From the NCBI GenBank assembly GCA_963742415.1, contig CAVULX010000002.1:160001-224000 (forward strand): a stretch of 64,000 nt of DNA, given 5' to 3'. This DNA comes from an uncultured Parachlamydiaceae bacterium (GTDB lineage Bacteria > Chlamydiota > Chlamydiia > Chlamydiales > Parachlamydiaceae). Position numbers and translations under genes: made by a program. A model generated the notes under the pieces. The model saw nothing but the letters and a program-made list of their open reading frames with translations. It was not told where the DNA came from and ran no database searches. Shown here piece after piece: positions 8,445 to 18,698 of the stretch. How positions within the stretch are numbered: position 1 is the stretch's first letter; every line of letters begins with the position of its first letter.

Positions 8445-8890
8445 TTGAGTATTTATCCGTAGAAGAAGTCATAGCAATGCACGATGCCTTTTTACAAGAA
8501 TTTGGAGGCTTATCGGGCATTAGAGATATTAATCTCTTAATGTCAGCCATTGAAACACCTAAAAGCCAAATGTTTGGACAAGATTTACATCCAACTGTCT
8601 ACGATAAAGCTGCGGCTTATCTTTATCATATCGTTTGCAATCACCCCTTCAATGATGGGAATAAACGAACCGGCTTCGGTGCTGCGTTGCTATTTTTAAA
8701 AGCTAACTCAGTTCCCATAAAATTTGATAAGAAAAAGTATGAAAACCTTGTTGTAGAAGTCGCAATGGGCCAAATAAGTAAAAAAGAAATTGCTCGATTC
8801 TTGGAACATGGAGAAGAATCGTCGTCTTTGAGAAAAACCAAAAAAAGTGACTTATTAGAGTCACAAAAAGCTTTTGCTGAAATAGAGTAA
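8441..8890 (+). CDS. doc: Doc/Fic family toxin (death-on-curing type)
   Basis: GGLSGIRD, KAAAYL and the HPFNDGNKRTG Doc motif. Confidence 0.85.
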   Translation: MIEYLSVEEVIAMHDAFLQEFGGLSGIRDINLLMSAIETPKSQMFGQDLHPTVYDKAAAYLYHIVCNHPFNDGNKRTGFGAALLFLKANSVPIKFDKKKYENLVVEVAMGQISKKEIARFLEHGEESSSLRKTKKSDLLESQKAFAEIE

Positions 8891-8960
8891 AAAACCTTAA
8901 CGTTGGGTTTTTACGCTATTCAGCATCGAAAACTATCTTCAGAACCATTTTTCATAAAAA

Positions 8961-9377
8961 TTATTTTTGCTGTGTCGTTGGATATCCTCTTTGTATCCAA
9001 TCTTCAATGCCTTCGTGATATTCATAAATGTTTTGATAACCCATCGAATAAAGCTTGTCATAGAGCCATCCGCTAGCTGGGCAATCAATACCATGGCAAT
9101 AGACCACAACGAGACTATTTATATTGGGAACAGCGGTCAAGATCTCTTCTTCAGTTGATTCAGAAGGCAGCCACATTGCATTTGGAAGCAATGTTCCATC
9201 AAAATATTTTTCGGACCGCGCATCTAAAACGACCATCGGTTTGCTTTTATTATACCACGATTTTAACTTTTCTGCAGAAATCATCGAATGGTTTTGCTCA
9301 GTAGTTGTTGTTGGTTCTTGAGACGCCGCTGCCAGAGGAGCTGTCATTAAAATTGCACTTAAAATTTGATAAAACAT
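8961..9377 (-). CDS. rhodanese-like domain protein with signal peptide
   Basis: VLDARS, VVYCHGIDC and YHEGIEDW motifs; N-terminal signal peptide ending LAAA. Confidence 0.85.
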   Translation of the reverse strand: MFYQILSAILMTAPLAAASQEPTTTTEQNHSMISAEKLKSWYNKSKPMVVLDARSEKYFDGTLLPNAMWLPSESTEEEILTAVPNINSLVVVYCHGIDCPASGWLYDKLYSMGYQNIYEYHEGIEDWIQRGYPTTQQK

Positions 9378-9470
9378 TTTCTCTCCTTTTGTTTTATAAT
9401 TATTTCCTTTTCCTTTGAATGAGCATCAGAAATCTATTCTAATCCATATTTACTTTCTGATTGAGTCTTT

Positions 9471-10250
9471 TTACATTTTGCTTTGGGATTCCCTGTTAGG
9501 AAGGGGAACGATTTTATCTGAAACAAGGGAAGGATCGAGTTTTAAAAGTTCTGAAATTGTGACAAAGCGGTAGCCATCATTTTTTAGCCGTTCGATGACA
9601 ATAGGTATTGCTTGAACAGTCTGCCATCTATTTTCCCCGATGTTGTCTCCATTTCCATCATGACATAAAATAATCGAACCTGGCTTTGTTTGCGTTAAAA
9701 TTCGGTTTACAATGGTGATCACCCCAGGGCTCGCCCAATCATTTGGGATCACATCAAAAAGGATATGGGGTCTTTTAGATTTGTATAAAATCCATGGGAG
9801 TCCAACAAATTTTCTTCCATAGGGTGCCCTAAAATGGATTGTCCCTTTGTAGCCGGACTGTTTGATGAGGTTGTCCGTCTTATCAATTTCATCTTTCATA
9901 AAAGCAAGAGATTTAAAAATCATCGTAGGATGGGAATAACTATGATTCCCTATTTCATGCCCTTCCTCATAGATTTGATGTACAATAGCAGGAAACCTCT
10001 CAACATTTTTTCCCAATAAGAAAAAAGTGGCTGGGACGTCGTTTAGGTTCAAAATCTGTAAGATTTCTTTCGTATAATAAGAGGGACCATCATCGAAAGT
10101 CAAAGCGACCACTTTCTCTGGAGTCTTGATTCGATGGATGCACTTTCCAAAAAAATGGGGTGAACGGTGACTTCGGAGCCATAGGAATAAGGCATAAAAA
10201 GGGGCTACCAATGTTAAGGTGAGGAAAATCCAAATAAGTTTTTTTTTCAT
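9471..10250 (-). CDS. polysaccharide deacetylase (NodB/CE4), membrane-anchored
   Basis: ALTFDDGP, ATFF, HEIGNHSYSH, FRAPYG and GSIILCHD motifs. Confidence 0.92.
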   Translation of the reverse strand: MKKKLIWIFLTLTLVAPFYALFLWLRSHRSPHFFGKCIHRIKTPEKVVALTFDDGPSYYTKEILQILNLNDVPATFFLLGKNVERFPAIVHQIYEEGHEIGNHSYSHPTMIFKSLAFMKDEIDKTDNLIKQSGYKGTIHFRAPYGRKFVGLPWILYKSKRPHILFDVIPNDWASPGVITIVNRILTQTKPGSIILCHDGNGDNIGENRWQTVQAIPIVIERLKNDGYRFVTISELLKLDPSLVSDKIVPLPNRESQSKM

Positions 10251-10459
10251 TTACAAATCCACTTCAATTCTATACCAGAATATACTCAAAATTTATTTAT
10301 TAAAAATGGATTTTGAGCAGATTCTAAGATGAGGAGAATGCAAATGAGGAGGCTGTGAAAATCACCAGTAGCCATTTTGAGATGGCAACGAATTTTTTAT
10401 GACAAAGAATTTAATAATTCTATATAATAAGTGTTTCTTAATTTTTATAGGATTTTTAT

Positions 10460-10975
10460 ATGTTCATATCTGAACAACAATACAAATATGGGACAGTAAA
10501 ATATAGTTATCAAGAAATTGAAGATCGACTCAATGCTATTTGCAATATAGATAAAGAGAATTCCTGGGTTCATCCAGATTTAACAACTAAACCAGTCTCC
10601 AATGTAGCCAAACGTATCCGTGGCATTAAATTCCCCTTTAACTGGCTTGCCAACCGATTCTATATTTTCCGTGCAGTTACATCTCCTCTGAATTGGCTTA
10701 TCAAGCGAGTTTATAAATGGAATGGCATCGAGATAGAAAAATCAAAGTTGTTCTTGGAAGAAATAAAGAAATGTGCGCGTACTAATTTTCATTCCCGTAT
10801 TGCTTTATTGGCTAACGATGCTATCAGTAAATTCAATCTCCAATTCCCAAAGCATCAATTGACTCAAGATATTCAGATACCTCTTCTTGATACAAAGGAT
10901 CAAGAATATAACCTAAAACTATTTCAAAGCGATTTGTCCTCAAATGCCAAATACAAGGGTGCAAATCGGTTGTAA
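10460..10975 (+). CDS. hypothetical protein; probably N-terminal part of a frameshifted gene continuing in 10993-11877
   Basis: 171 aa ORF. The downstream frame is open from 10912 and overlaps its end. Confidence 0.5.
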   Translation: MFISEQQYKYGTVKYSYQEIEDRLNAICNIDKENSWVHPDLTTKPVSNVAKRIRGIKFPFNWLANRFYIFRAVTSPLNWLIKRVYKWNGIEIEKSKLFLEEIKKCARTNFHSRIALLANDAISKFNLQFPKHQLTQDIQIPLLDTKDQEYNLKLFQSDLSSNAKYKGANRL

Positions 10976-10992
10976 TCAACGAAAATTGTAGG

Positions 10993-11877
10993 ATGCCACG
11001 GACTTTATATCATCTGCTTTGCATATATATTTTTTTAAAAAACGGGAACAATCAAAAAACATATCATAGCTTAAGTCTGTCTGTAAGTATGCAAGGTGAA
11101 AAGCTTTCGCTTGGTGATAGACAGAATGAATATGAACAAACGGTTAATCTGCTAAACTCGGAGATCCTAGATTTATTTAAAGAAAAAGATTTGGACCAGT
11201 TAACATGGGAAAATGTACAAATCCTCGTTGACCATATTTGCAGCGAATTCAAAACCATGCATAAGAACTACAAATCAATTTTCAAAGAGGAACATCAAAA
11301 AGAAAACCTTTGTTATCATTTTTATAGATTTTGTTATGATCGCGAAGATAATAGAGCTAACTTCAAAGAAATCACATTGCGCGCCTTAGCTCTTGAATGG
11401 GGAGCTGAAGAGGATACAGAGATCCTTTATCGGGGAGCACAAATTTCGGCTGATGATATTATTAGGGATAAGGGATGGGTCCATAGCTTAAGTTTTTCTC
11501 CAAGCCTTTTTGCTGGACTTGTCTTTGAAGGTACCCCATCTGGCACATGTTCCTATGTTTATTATAATGCTTTAGCCAATAAGCAATTATACGCATTGCG
11601 GTTACCTCGTTCAAAGTTAGAAAAATACTTTTTTTATCCCATCCTTTTTAAAAGCTGCAGTTTACTTCCTCTTATTGCTAGAGGGGAGTTTTCTCATCCT
11701 AGATTAAGAGTTTTTATGACTGAGGGAACAAAGAATATTTGTGGGGCGCAGAATCGGGTGGATGAAGTGAAAAGGCTAGCGGTTTTTATTCCCACTACGA
11801 AAATAAACGGCCCGGCAATATATCGAGAAAAAGTAGTAAAATTATTTCAAAAAAACATCCGTCTTTTAGCCGTTTAA
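10993..11877 (+). CDS. hypothetical protein with ADP-ribosyltransferase-like motifs (probably C-terminal part of a split gene)
   Basis: ILYRGA ... SLSFS ... RGEFSHPR; no SD at the annotated ATG. Confidence 0.5.
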   Translation: MPRTLYHLLCIYIFLKNGNNQKTYHSLSLSVSMQGEKLSLGDRQNEYEQTVNLLNSEILDLFKEKDLDQLTWENVQILVDHICSEFKTMHKNYKSIFKEEHQKENLCYHFYRFCYDREDNRANFKEITLRALALEWGAEEDTEILYRGAQISADDIIRDKGWVHSLSFSPSLFAGLVFEGTPSGTCSYVYYNALANKQLYALRLPRSKLEKYFFYPILFKSCSLLPLIARGEFSHPRLRVFMTEGTKNICGAQNRVDEVKRLAVFIPTTKINGPAIYREKVVKLFQKNIRLLAV

Positions 11878-11947
11878 GAAAGACCATTTCTAATTTTTTG
11901 CTGCTGTTGAAATTCTAGCAAGAGTAAGTAATAGTTTGCCGAAAAGA

Positions 11948-12172
11948 TCAAAATCCCAATAACTTTGATAAAGGAGTACGCTTCTCCCCTCCTTTCTCTC
12001 CTTTCCCCTCTTTTTTTTTCTTTTCGTTTTTTGTTTTTTTCGACTTTTCGGCTGCTTTTATTTCAAATGGTTTCGAAGGAGGCGGGCCTTGATTTACGAT
12101 CCGAACATCGGGATCTTGAAAGACATATTTCACAGAATCGTGAGAAAAAACCTGATTTGAAATGGGATCCAT
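11948..12172 (-). CDS. small Lys-rich hypothetical protein
   Basis: GGGGAGG SD before the ATG; low-complexity K/E tail. Confidence 0.55.
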   Translation of the reverse strand: MDPISNQVFSHDSVKYVFQDPDVRIVNQGPPPSKPFEIKAAEKSKKTKNEKKKKEGKGEKGGEKRTPLSKLLGF

Positions 12173-12329
12173 ATTAGCCTCCCCTTTCTTTATATTTTAA
12201 CATAAAAATATAATATATTCAACTTGGCTGCGTACCTTTAAAAAAGCGTAGGACTCAAAAGTTTTGGACGTTTTTATATGCCCCTGCTAAATTATACAGA
12301 ATGAGAATTTCAAATCTAAAGGGAACTTT

Positions 12330-13175
12330 ATGGAAAAGTCGATGAAAAGTTACACATGTCAAATTTTTATTAATGCTCCCGCGGCTACTGTTTATAAGGC
12401 ACTTGCAACTATAGAGGGGCTGCAAAAGTGGTGGACCCCTTTCTGCATGGGAGGGGAAAAAGAGGGGGATGAACTCAGTTTCTACTTCGATATTGGCCAT
12501 AATACCATGCGGATCGAAAAGCTTATTCCCAATCAAGAAGTGCGTTGGAAATGCATTGCTCAAAATTTTCCCGATTTAATGCCTAAACCCGATGAATGGG
12601 TAGGAACCTCTCTTCTATTTCACCTCACTCCAGATAAAAAAGGAACCAACTTGGAATTTGTGCACGAAGGATTAACTCCAGCTATGCACTGTTTTGATCT
12701 CTGCCGCAATGGGTGGGATCACTTTCTCAAAGAAAGCCTTAAGAGCTTAGTGGAGACAGGAACAGGAAAACCATACACTTCCACAAAATCTCTTTATCCC
12801 ATTGGGGGTTTATCTTGGTTTGAAATTCCTGTTAGCGATATCGAAAAAGCCAAACAATTTTACTCCGCTTTATTTGGATGGAACTATGAAAAATTCATGT
12901 ATGAAGCCTCCTACTGCGCCATCCAAGGGGAAAATGGGAGGATGGGTGCTCTACGCCAAACAAACGAGCTAGCTTCCAGCAAGCCCGTTTCCCATCCCCT
13001 CCCTGTGATGTACTTTACTGTTGACGATGTGGGTGGAACACTCAAAAAAGTGCAATCTTTAGGAGGGCAAATTGCTCTTGATAAATGTGACATCCCAAAC
13101 AATGGTGGGAGCTATGCTCATTTTCATGATTTAGACAAAAATCGGATAGGGATCTACGCTCTTCCTAAAGCATAA
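12330..13175 (+). CDS. SRPBCC (AHSA1/START) domain fused to a VOC/glyoxalase domain
   Basis: N-half has ALATIEGLQKWW...EWVGT...HEGL...GWDHFL; C-half has WFEIPVSDIEKAKQFYSALFGW...YFTVDD...DLDKNRIGI. Confidence 0.85.
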   Translation: MEKSMKSYTCQIFINAPAATVYKALATIEGLQKWWTPFCMGGEKEGDELSFYFDIGHNTMRIEKLIPNQEVRWKCIAQNFPDLMPKPDEWVGTSLLFHLTPDKKGTNLEFVHEGLTPAMHCFDLCRNGWDHFLKESLKSLVETGTGKPYTSTKSLYPIGGLSWFEIPVSDIEKAKQFYSALFGWNYEKFMYEASYCAIQGENGRMGALRQTNELASSKPVSHPLPVMYFTVDDVGGTLKKVQSLGGQIALDKCDIPNNGGSYAHFHDLDKNRIGIYALPKA

Positions 13176-13290
13176 CCCTACCTTTAAATTAGGCAGTTAT
13201 GTTAACCTTCAGCCTCTAAAAACACCACCGAATGTCACTCAGAATTGGAATTTGGAGCTGCGTTCGGTATAATTTAAAAATGGTATAAAC

Positions 13291-14163
13291 ATGAATAATA
13301 TTTCTTTAGCGAATAATTTATCCCTCAATACTCCTATTTGTTGCTTTTCTAATGATGAACAACGAGGCAAGGAATATAATCAATTGATCCTCGATGGGCT
13401 GGAAACAATAAAAAAAACAGAAACTGGTCGAACTCTGCTTGAAAAGATTGGAAAAAGCGTTCACCAAATCGTGATTTCAACACATCCTCACACGCAAGAT
13501 TGTCAAGAAGGTTTAAAAAGTGGAAAAATGCTGTACACTAAATATGTAGATGAAAGTGGAGCAACTAGACCGGGGAAAGGATCTCCTTCCTATATTTTTA
13601 TTGATCCTAACTACAAAACAAAAATGCCTGTTTTATTTACAGAGTTTCATCAAAAACATTGTGTTCAAACCCGATTATGTTCAGCCAAATGTCGCCAGGC
13701 TGAAGACACATGTGTCAAGACTATGTCATTTGCTCGCATCTTATTTCACGAGCTCGTGCATGCTCAACATAACCAAGAAGGAATCAATAAGTATTCCGGT
13801 ACAAATGTCTCGGATGAGTACAGAAGCTGCGTGGAAACCAATTCCATCGAATTGGAAAACAAATTTGCAATTGAACTGGCGCAACTAAAATTGGGAAGGC
13901 TGCTTGATGAAGAGGAATTAGATAAAGAGAGCCGACATGGCTTACTTCCGCCTATGTATCCGATCAATAATTCTTCTAGTCATTTAGGTAAATATAGTTT
14001 CCAGCAAAAAAAATTTTTGCTTTCGGAGGGACCTAGAATAATTTCTGGACTTGGACAAGAATTCGCATTGATGAATCAAATGAGAGAAAATAGGGAAAAA
14101 GGGTCTAGTTCGTCTACCCAAAGCAAAAACGACGCAGAGGATATTGCTAATTACAAAGTTTAA
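13291..14163 (+). CDS. M91-like (NleD-type) zinc metallopeptidase, candidate effector
   Basis: TETGRTLLEKI, GKGS, LFHELVHAQH (HExxH) and downstream ELENKF. Confidence 0.7.
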   Translation: MNNISLANNLSLNTPICCFSNDEQRGKEYNQLILDGLETIKKTETGRTLLEKIGKSVHQIVISTHPHTQDCQEGLKSGKMLYTKYVDESGATRPGKGSPSYIFIDPNYKTKMPVLFTEFHQKHCVQTRLCSAKCRQAEDTCVKTMSFARILFHELVHAQHNQEGINKYSGTNVSDEYRSCVETNSIELENKFAIELAQLKLGRLLDEEELDKESRHGLLPPMYPINNSSSHLGKYSFQQKKFLLSEGPRIISGLGQEFALMNQMRENREKGSSSSTQSKNDAEDIANYKV

Positions 14164-14287
14164 AAAGATCGACAACAGTTAAAATTTTTCTGGAATGGAA
14201 GAATTTTCTGGAATAGAAATCATTTTTATACAATTTTCGTCATAAGACATTTGTTATAAAAAAAATTTCTTGGGCTGTTGAACCGCA

Positions 14288-15775
14288 ATGGTTTTTTCTA
14301 GAATAATTTTTACAGGTATTCCATTTTTATTTTTATTTGGATGTTCTTCGGTGCGTCATGCGGTCCCATTGGATGCTCCTGCAGAAGCTTTGGATAACGC
14401 CATCCAAGAGGCAAGCAATGATCCCATTTTCCAAAACGAAAGTGTTCCTGAACAATGGTGGCTGCTTTTCAACGATCCTCAATTGAATGATTTTATTGAA
14501 ACAAGTTTCACCAGAAATCCCAATTTACATTCTGCCCAAGCAAAAATTTTATCTGCAATTTATAATGCCGCCAGCATCCGCGCCTCTCTTTATCCCTACA
14601 TCTTCTGGGGAGCCGATGTGTCTAGACAAAGATTGAGTGAAACGGGCGTTATCCCTTTTAGCACCGGACCGGCCGGCTCGGGAACACCTCCGGTAGCTGT
14701 ACCCACGACCCCCGGAGCATCCAGCGGGATCCCCCTTTATTTCACTTTGTATGAAACTGAATTGAATTTGAGATACAACTTTGATTTTTGGAATAAAAAC
14801 CGGAATACTTTCCGGGCAGCACTTGGCCAAGTTCAGGCCAATATAGCTGAAGAAGCCTTTGTTCGACTGCAGCTTGGGATTTTAGTGTCTGAAGCCTATT
14901 ATGAATTGCAAACCAATTACAAGAGGCAGGAAATTGCGCAAGCCCTTGTCGACAACCGCACGCGTTATCGCAACCTCATCCAAAAAAGAGTCAATGCTAA
15001 TTTGGATAACCAATTATCCTTGCAGAGTGCTGAATCGAATTTGAGCGATGCTAAAAGCCTCCTTCTTGAAATCCAAGGGGATATCGCAGTTAACGAATAT
15101 CAGCTTAAAGCCTACATGGCCGGGAACTTTGAGGAGGAGATCGGGCAAATCGATATTGTTCGACAGCCACTGCCTTGTGTTCCTTTGCCGCAAGATCTCC
15201 CTTTGCATCTTATTGGAAAACGCCCTGACATTATAGCCCAGATATGGTTAATTGAATCAGCCGGACGTCAAATCGAAGTTGCAAAAGCGGGATTTTATCC
15301 CGATTTCAACTTGTATGCCTTTTTTGGATTTCAAACGATCCATTTTGCAGATTTATTTAAATGGCCTAGCAGGTATTTTAATATAGACCCTGCTGTTACT
15401 TTGCCCATCTTTGATGCAGGGAAATTAATGGCTGATTTACGCTTCAGCGAAGTGAATTATGACCTGGCGATTTTTGAATACAACAATTTAGTGATTAATG
15501 CTGCAAAAGAGGTTTTAGATGCGATTGCCGTCCTTCGCAATGTCTGGCAGCAACAACAGGAATTTGAAAACAAGTTTGAAAGGCAATCTGAATTGCACCA
15601 TTTGACAAGCTTAAGAGTATTGCATAATTTGAACAGCAATCTGGATGAATTAACCAGTGAATGGAGTATGTTAAAGGCTAGAGATCAAGAAGTTACGGCT
15701 TTAGGCAAGACGCTCAAAGCGATATTGGAGTTAATCAAAGCCCTGGGTGGCGGATATGATAACTGTGAAGTTTAA
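14288..15775 (+). CDS. efflux outer membrane factor lipoprotein (NodT/TolC family)
   Basis: Lipobox LFGC, WWLLFNDPQL, RPDI and LIKALGGGY. Confidence 0.92.
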   Translation: MVFSRIIFTGIPFLFLFGCSSVRHAVPLDAPAEALDNAIQEASNDPIFQNESVPEQWWLLFNDPQLNDFIETSFTRNPNLHSAQAKILSAIYNAASIRASLYPYIFWGADVSRQRLSETGVIPFSTGPAGSGTPPVAVPTTPGASSGIPLYFTLYETELNLRYNFDFWNKNRNTFRAALGQVQANIAEEAFVRLQLGILVSEAYYELQTNYKRQEIAQALVDNRTRYRNLIQKRVNANLDNQLSLQSAESNLSDAKSLLLEIQGDIAVNEYQLKAYMAGNFEEEIGQIDIVRQPLPCVPLPQDLPLHLIGKRPDIIAQIWLIESAGRQIEVAKAGFYPDFNLYAFFGFQTIHFADLFKWPSRYFNIDPAVTLPIFDAGKLMADLRFSEVNYDLAIFEYNNLVINAAKEVLDAIAVLRNVWQQQQEFENKFERQSELHHLTSLRVLHNLNSNLDELTSEWSMLKARDQEVTALGKTLKAILELIKALGGGYDNCEV

Positions 15776-15778
15776 AAA

Positions 15779-17026
15779 ATGACAACACCTACAGAGGAAA
15801 AAAAACAAAGTTCGCCAGGAGCAGTGGAATCTGGCTCAGCAAAGGAAAAAACTCCTGAAGCTCCAGCAAACCAAAATGCTCCTGCGCCTCCTCATCGTAA
15901 CAAACTATTATGGATTGTTACGCTAGGATTATTGTTGGGTGGTTTGATTTGGTTTTTGGTGTGGTTTTTTTATCTACAGTATCATGCCTCAACTGATGAT
16001 GCTTATGCTAATGGCAGCCTTGTTAACATTAATTCCCCCATTACAGGTACCGTTGTGGCTTTCTATGCTGATGACACGGATCTTGTCATAGAAGGGCAGT
16101 TATTAGTGCAGCTTGATACCACCTATTATCGGATTGCATACGAAAAAACGTTGGCTAGCCTTGCCTTTGAAGCCTTGCAAATAAGGCAGTATTATGATGA
16201 TTTTCTCGTTAACCAAGCAAACGTTGAGATTAGAAAGACTTCCCTATCTAAGGCCCGTTTTGACTATGAAAATCGGTCGCAGTTAGTCGATTCTCAAGCT
16301 GTATCCAAAGAAGACTTTGTCCATTCCAGAGATGATTTGACAATCGCCGAAAATGAATTAAAAAAGGCGGAGTATCAATTAAAAGTCTCTCAAGCTATTT
16401 TAGGAGATACTCCATTGGATGAGCACCCCATGCTCAAAGAAAAAAAAGCTGCTGTCAGGGAAGCCTATTATAATTTGAAGCATTGCGAGCTTTATGCACC
16501 GGTCACGGGATATGTAGCCAAGAGAGCTGTCAATGTGGGGCAATCTGTGACCCGTACGACAGACTTGATGGCGATCATTCCGAAAGACTATGTTTGGGTC
16601 GATGCCAATTTCAAAGAAACAGAATTGACCTACATGCGTGTGGGACAGCCCGCGACCGTTTGGTTTGATATGTATGGGTCTGACGTGAAATATCAAGGCA
16701 AAGTTTTGGGGATCGCCTCAGGTTCAGGAAGCGTGTTTTCACTCATCCCCCCCCAAAATGCTACAGGAAACTGGATCAAAATTGTGCAGAGGCTTCCAGT
16801 GAGGATCAGCCTAGATCCCGAAGTCGTTAAGAAATATCCTGTCCGAATAGGGATCTCAGCCGAAGTCGATGTGAACATAACAAATAGAAATCTGCCCATG
16901 TTGGTGCAAGTTCCCCCGACGAAGCCTGTGACTACCACAAATGTCTACGATATCGATTTAGAAGAGGTCAATGAGATCATTAATAACATTGTGCAGACAA
17001 ATTTATTCCAGCAAGAAATACCGTAG
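15779..17026 (+). CDS. emrA: EmrA/EmrK-type membrane fusion protein
   Basis: STDDAY, WVDANFKET and GSVFSLIPPQNATGNWIKIVQRLPVRI. Confidence 0.92.
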   Translation: MTTPTEEKKQSSPGAVESGSAKEKTPEAPANQNAPAPPHRNKLLWIVTLGLLLGGLIWFLVWFFYLQYHASTDDAYANGSLVNINSPITGTVVAFYADDTDLVIEGQLLVQLDTTYYRIAYEKTLASLAFEALQIRQYYDDFLVNQANVEIRKTSLSKARFDYENRSQLVDSQAVSKEDFVHSRDDLTIAENELKKAEYQLKVSQAILGDTPLDEHPMLKEKKAAVREAYYNLKHCELYAPVTGYVAKRAVNVGQSVTRTTDLMAIIPKDYVWVDANFKETELTYMRVGQPATVWFDMYGSDVKYQGKVLGIASGSGSVFSLIPPQNATGNWIKIVQRLPVRISLDPEVVKKYPVRIGISAEVDVNITNRNLPMLVQVPPTKPVTTTNVYDIDLEEVNEIINNIVQTNLFQQEIP

Positions 17027-17038
17027 AAACCCGGTTTT

Positions 17039-18574
17039 ATGAAATATTACCAAGGAAACCGTTTACTCCTGCTAAATTTCGCTTTGGGCCTTGGCACATT
17101 CATTCAAATTCTAGATTCTTCCATTGCTAATGTCGCCATCCCCTACATTGCGGGAAATTTGAGTGTCAGTGCGGACGAAGGAACCTGGGTGATTACCTCA
17201 TTTGCTGCCAGCAATGCCATTGTTCTGCCTTTGACCGGATGGCTCTCAGACTACTTTGGCAAAATTCGTTTGTTCGTCTGGTCAGTTTTATTGTTTGCAT
17301 TTACATCATTTTGCTGCGGTTTTTCCCAAAGCTTAACCACGTTGATTCTCTTTCGTATTTTTCAAGGCGCTGTAGCTGGATCATTAATTCCCCTTTCGCA
17401 AAGTATTCTCATGACTTGCAACCCTCCCGAAAAACAAGGGGCAGCCCTTGGATTTTGGTCGATGGTGGTTATTGTAGCGCCTGTAGTTGGTCCGGTTGTT
17501 GGGGGGTATCTTACAGAAGTCTATTCTTGGCCTTGGATCTTCTATATCAATGTTCCAATCGGAATTTTTTCTGCTTTGGTGACTTGGTTTTTCTTGAAGG
17601 ATCAGGAAAGCAAAATTGTGCGCAATCCTATCGATTGGGTGGGGTTGTTTTTTTTATCGGTAGGAGTCGCCTGTTTGCAGATCATGTTGGACAAAGGAAA
17701 AGATTTGGATTGGTTTGAGTCTAATTTCATTATCACCTTGACGGTCACTTCTGCAGTCTCGTTGCTTTATTTCGGCATATGGAATTATTTTCAAAAATTT
17801 CCCATTGTAGATTTTTCTTTTTTTAAGCTGCGCAATTTTACCATAGGAACAACAGCGATAACGATCGGCTTTTTACTTTATTTTACAAGCACAGTCACCA
17901 TCCCTCTTTGGCTTCAAACAGAACAGAATTATACAGCTTATTGGTCGGGAGTGGCGGTGGCTCCCGTCGGGATCGTTTCGGTGTTTCTGTCTACTACTGT
18001 AGGAAAATATATGGACCGTTTCGACGTTAGAGCGATTGCAGCCTGCAGCTTTGTTTTATTTTCGTTAGGATTTTTCTACCAATCCAATTTTACTACTCAG
18101 GTTAGCTTGGAACAAGTTATGCTTGCCCGATTTTATCAAGGATTTGGGATCACCCTCTTTTTCCTTCCCATTGTGCGAATTGCCCTCAGTGAAGTTCCCA
18201 CAATGAAACTTCCCAGCGCTTCAGGTTTATTTCATTTTATAAGGATCTTAGTGGGAAGCGGATTTGGGACATCGCTTGTTATTGAATTGTGGACCCGTTT
18301 GGAGATTTTCCACCATGCTCGGTTATCTGAATACATCAACCCTTACCGCTCTTTGACAAATGCCGCTTATGAAGGATTAAATAACTATAATCCCGTTTTT
18401 ACCCACAATGTTGTTAGTCACATTATCGATAGGGAAGTGGAGCAGCAAGCTTTTATGCTATCGACCAACGATCTGACGTGGTTGTCAGCCTGGCTTTTTC
18501 TTTTGATGATTCCGATGATTTTCCTATGCAAGCGTGTCGGCAAAACCGCCGCGACAGTCCCGGCGGCTCATTAG
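17039..18574 (+). CDS. emrB: DHA2 family MFS efflux permease EmrB
   Basis: LDSSIANVAIP, GTWVITSF, WPWIFYINVPIG and LQIMLDKGKDLDWF. Confidence 0.92.
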   Translation: MKYYQGNRLLLLNFALGLGTFIQILDSSIANVAIPYIAGNLSVSADEGTWVITSFAASNAIVLPLTGWLSDYFGKIRLFVWSVLLFAFTSFCCGFSQSLTTLILFRIFQGAVAGSLIPLSQSILMTCNPPEKQGAALGFWSMVVIVAPVVGPVVGGYLTEVYSWPWIFYINVPIGIFSALVTWFFLKDQESKIVRNPIDWVGLFFLSVGVACLQIMLDKGKDLDWFESNFIITLTVTSAVSLLYFGIWNYFQKFPIVDFSFFKLRNFTIGTTAITIGFLLYFTSTVTIPLWLQTEQNYTAYWSGVAVAPVGIVSVFLSTTVGKYMDRFDVRAIAACSFVLFSLGFFYQSNFTTQVSLEQVMLARFYQGFGITLFFLPIVRIALSEVPTMKLPSASGLFHFIRILVGSGFGTSLVIELWTRLEIFHHARLSEYINPYRSLTNAAYEGLNNYNPVFTHNVVSHIIDREVEQQAFMLSTNDLTWLSAWLFLLMIPMIFLCKRVGKTAATVPAAH

Positions 18575-18698
18575 CTTTTTTTTCATCACTGGGCGGGGAA
18601 AGTGGGGGGTAGTCGGTTCATTTTCTTATTTTCTGCTTGCACTTCTGACATCCTTAGGTAACTTGATTTTAGACTGTCAAAATCAGTAACTTTAGAGA

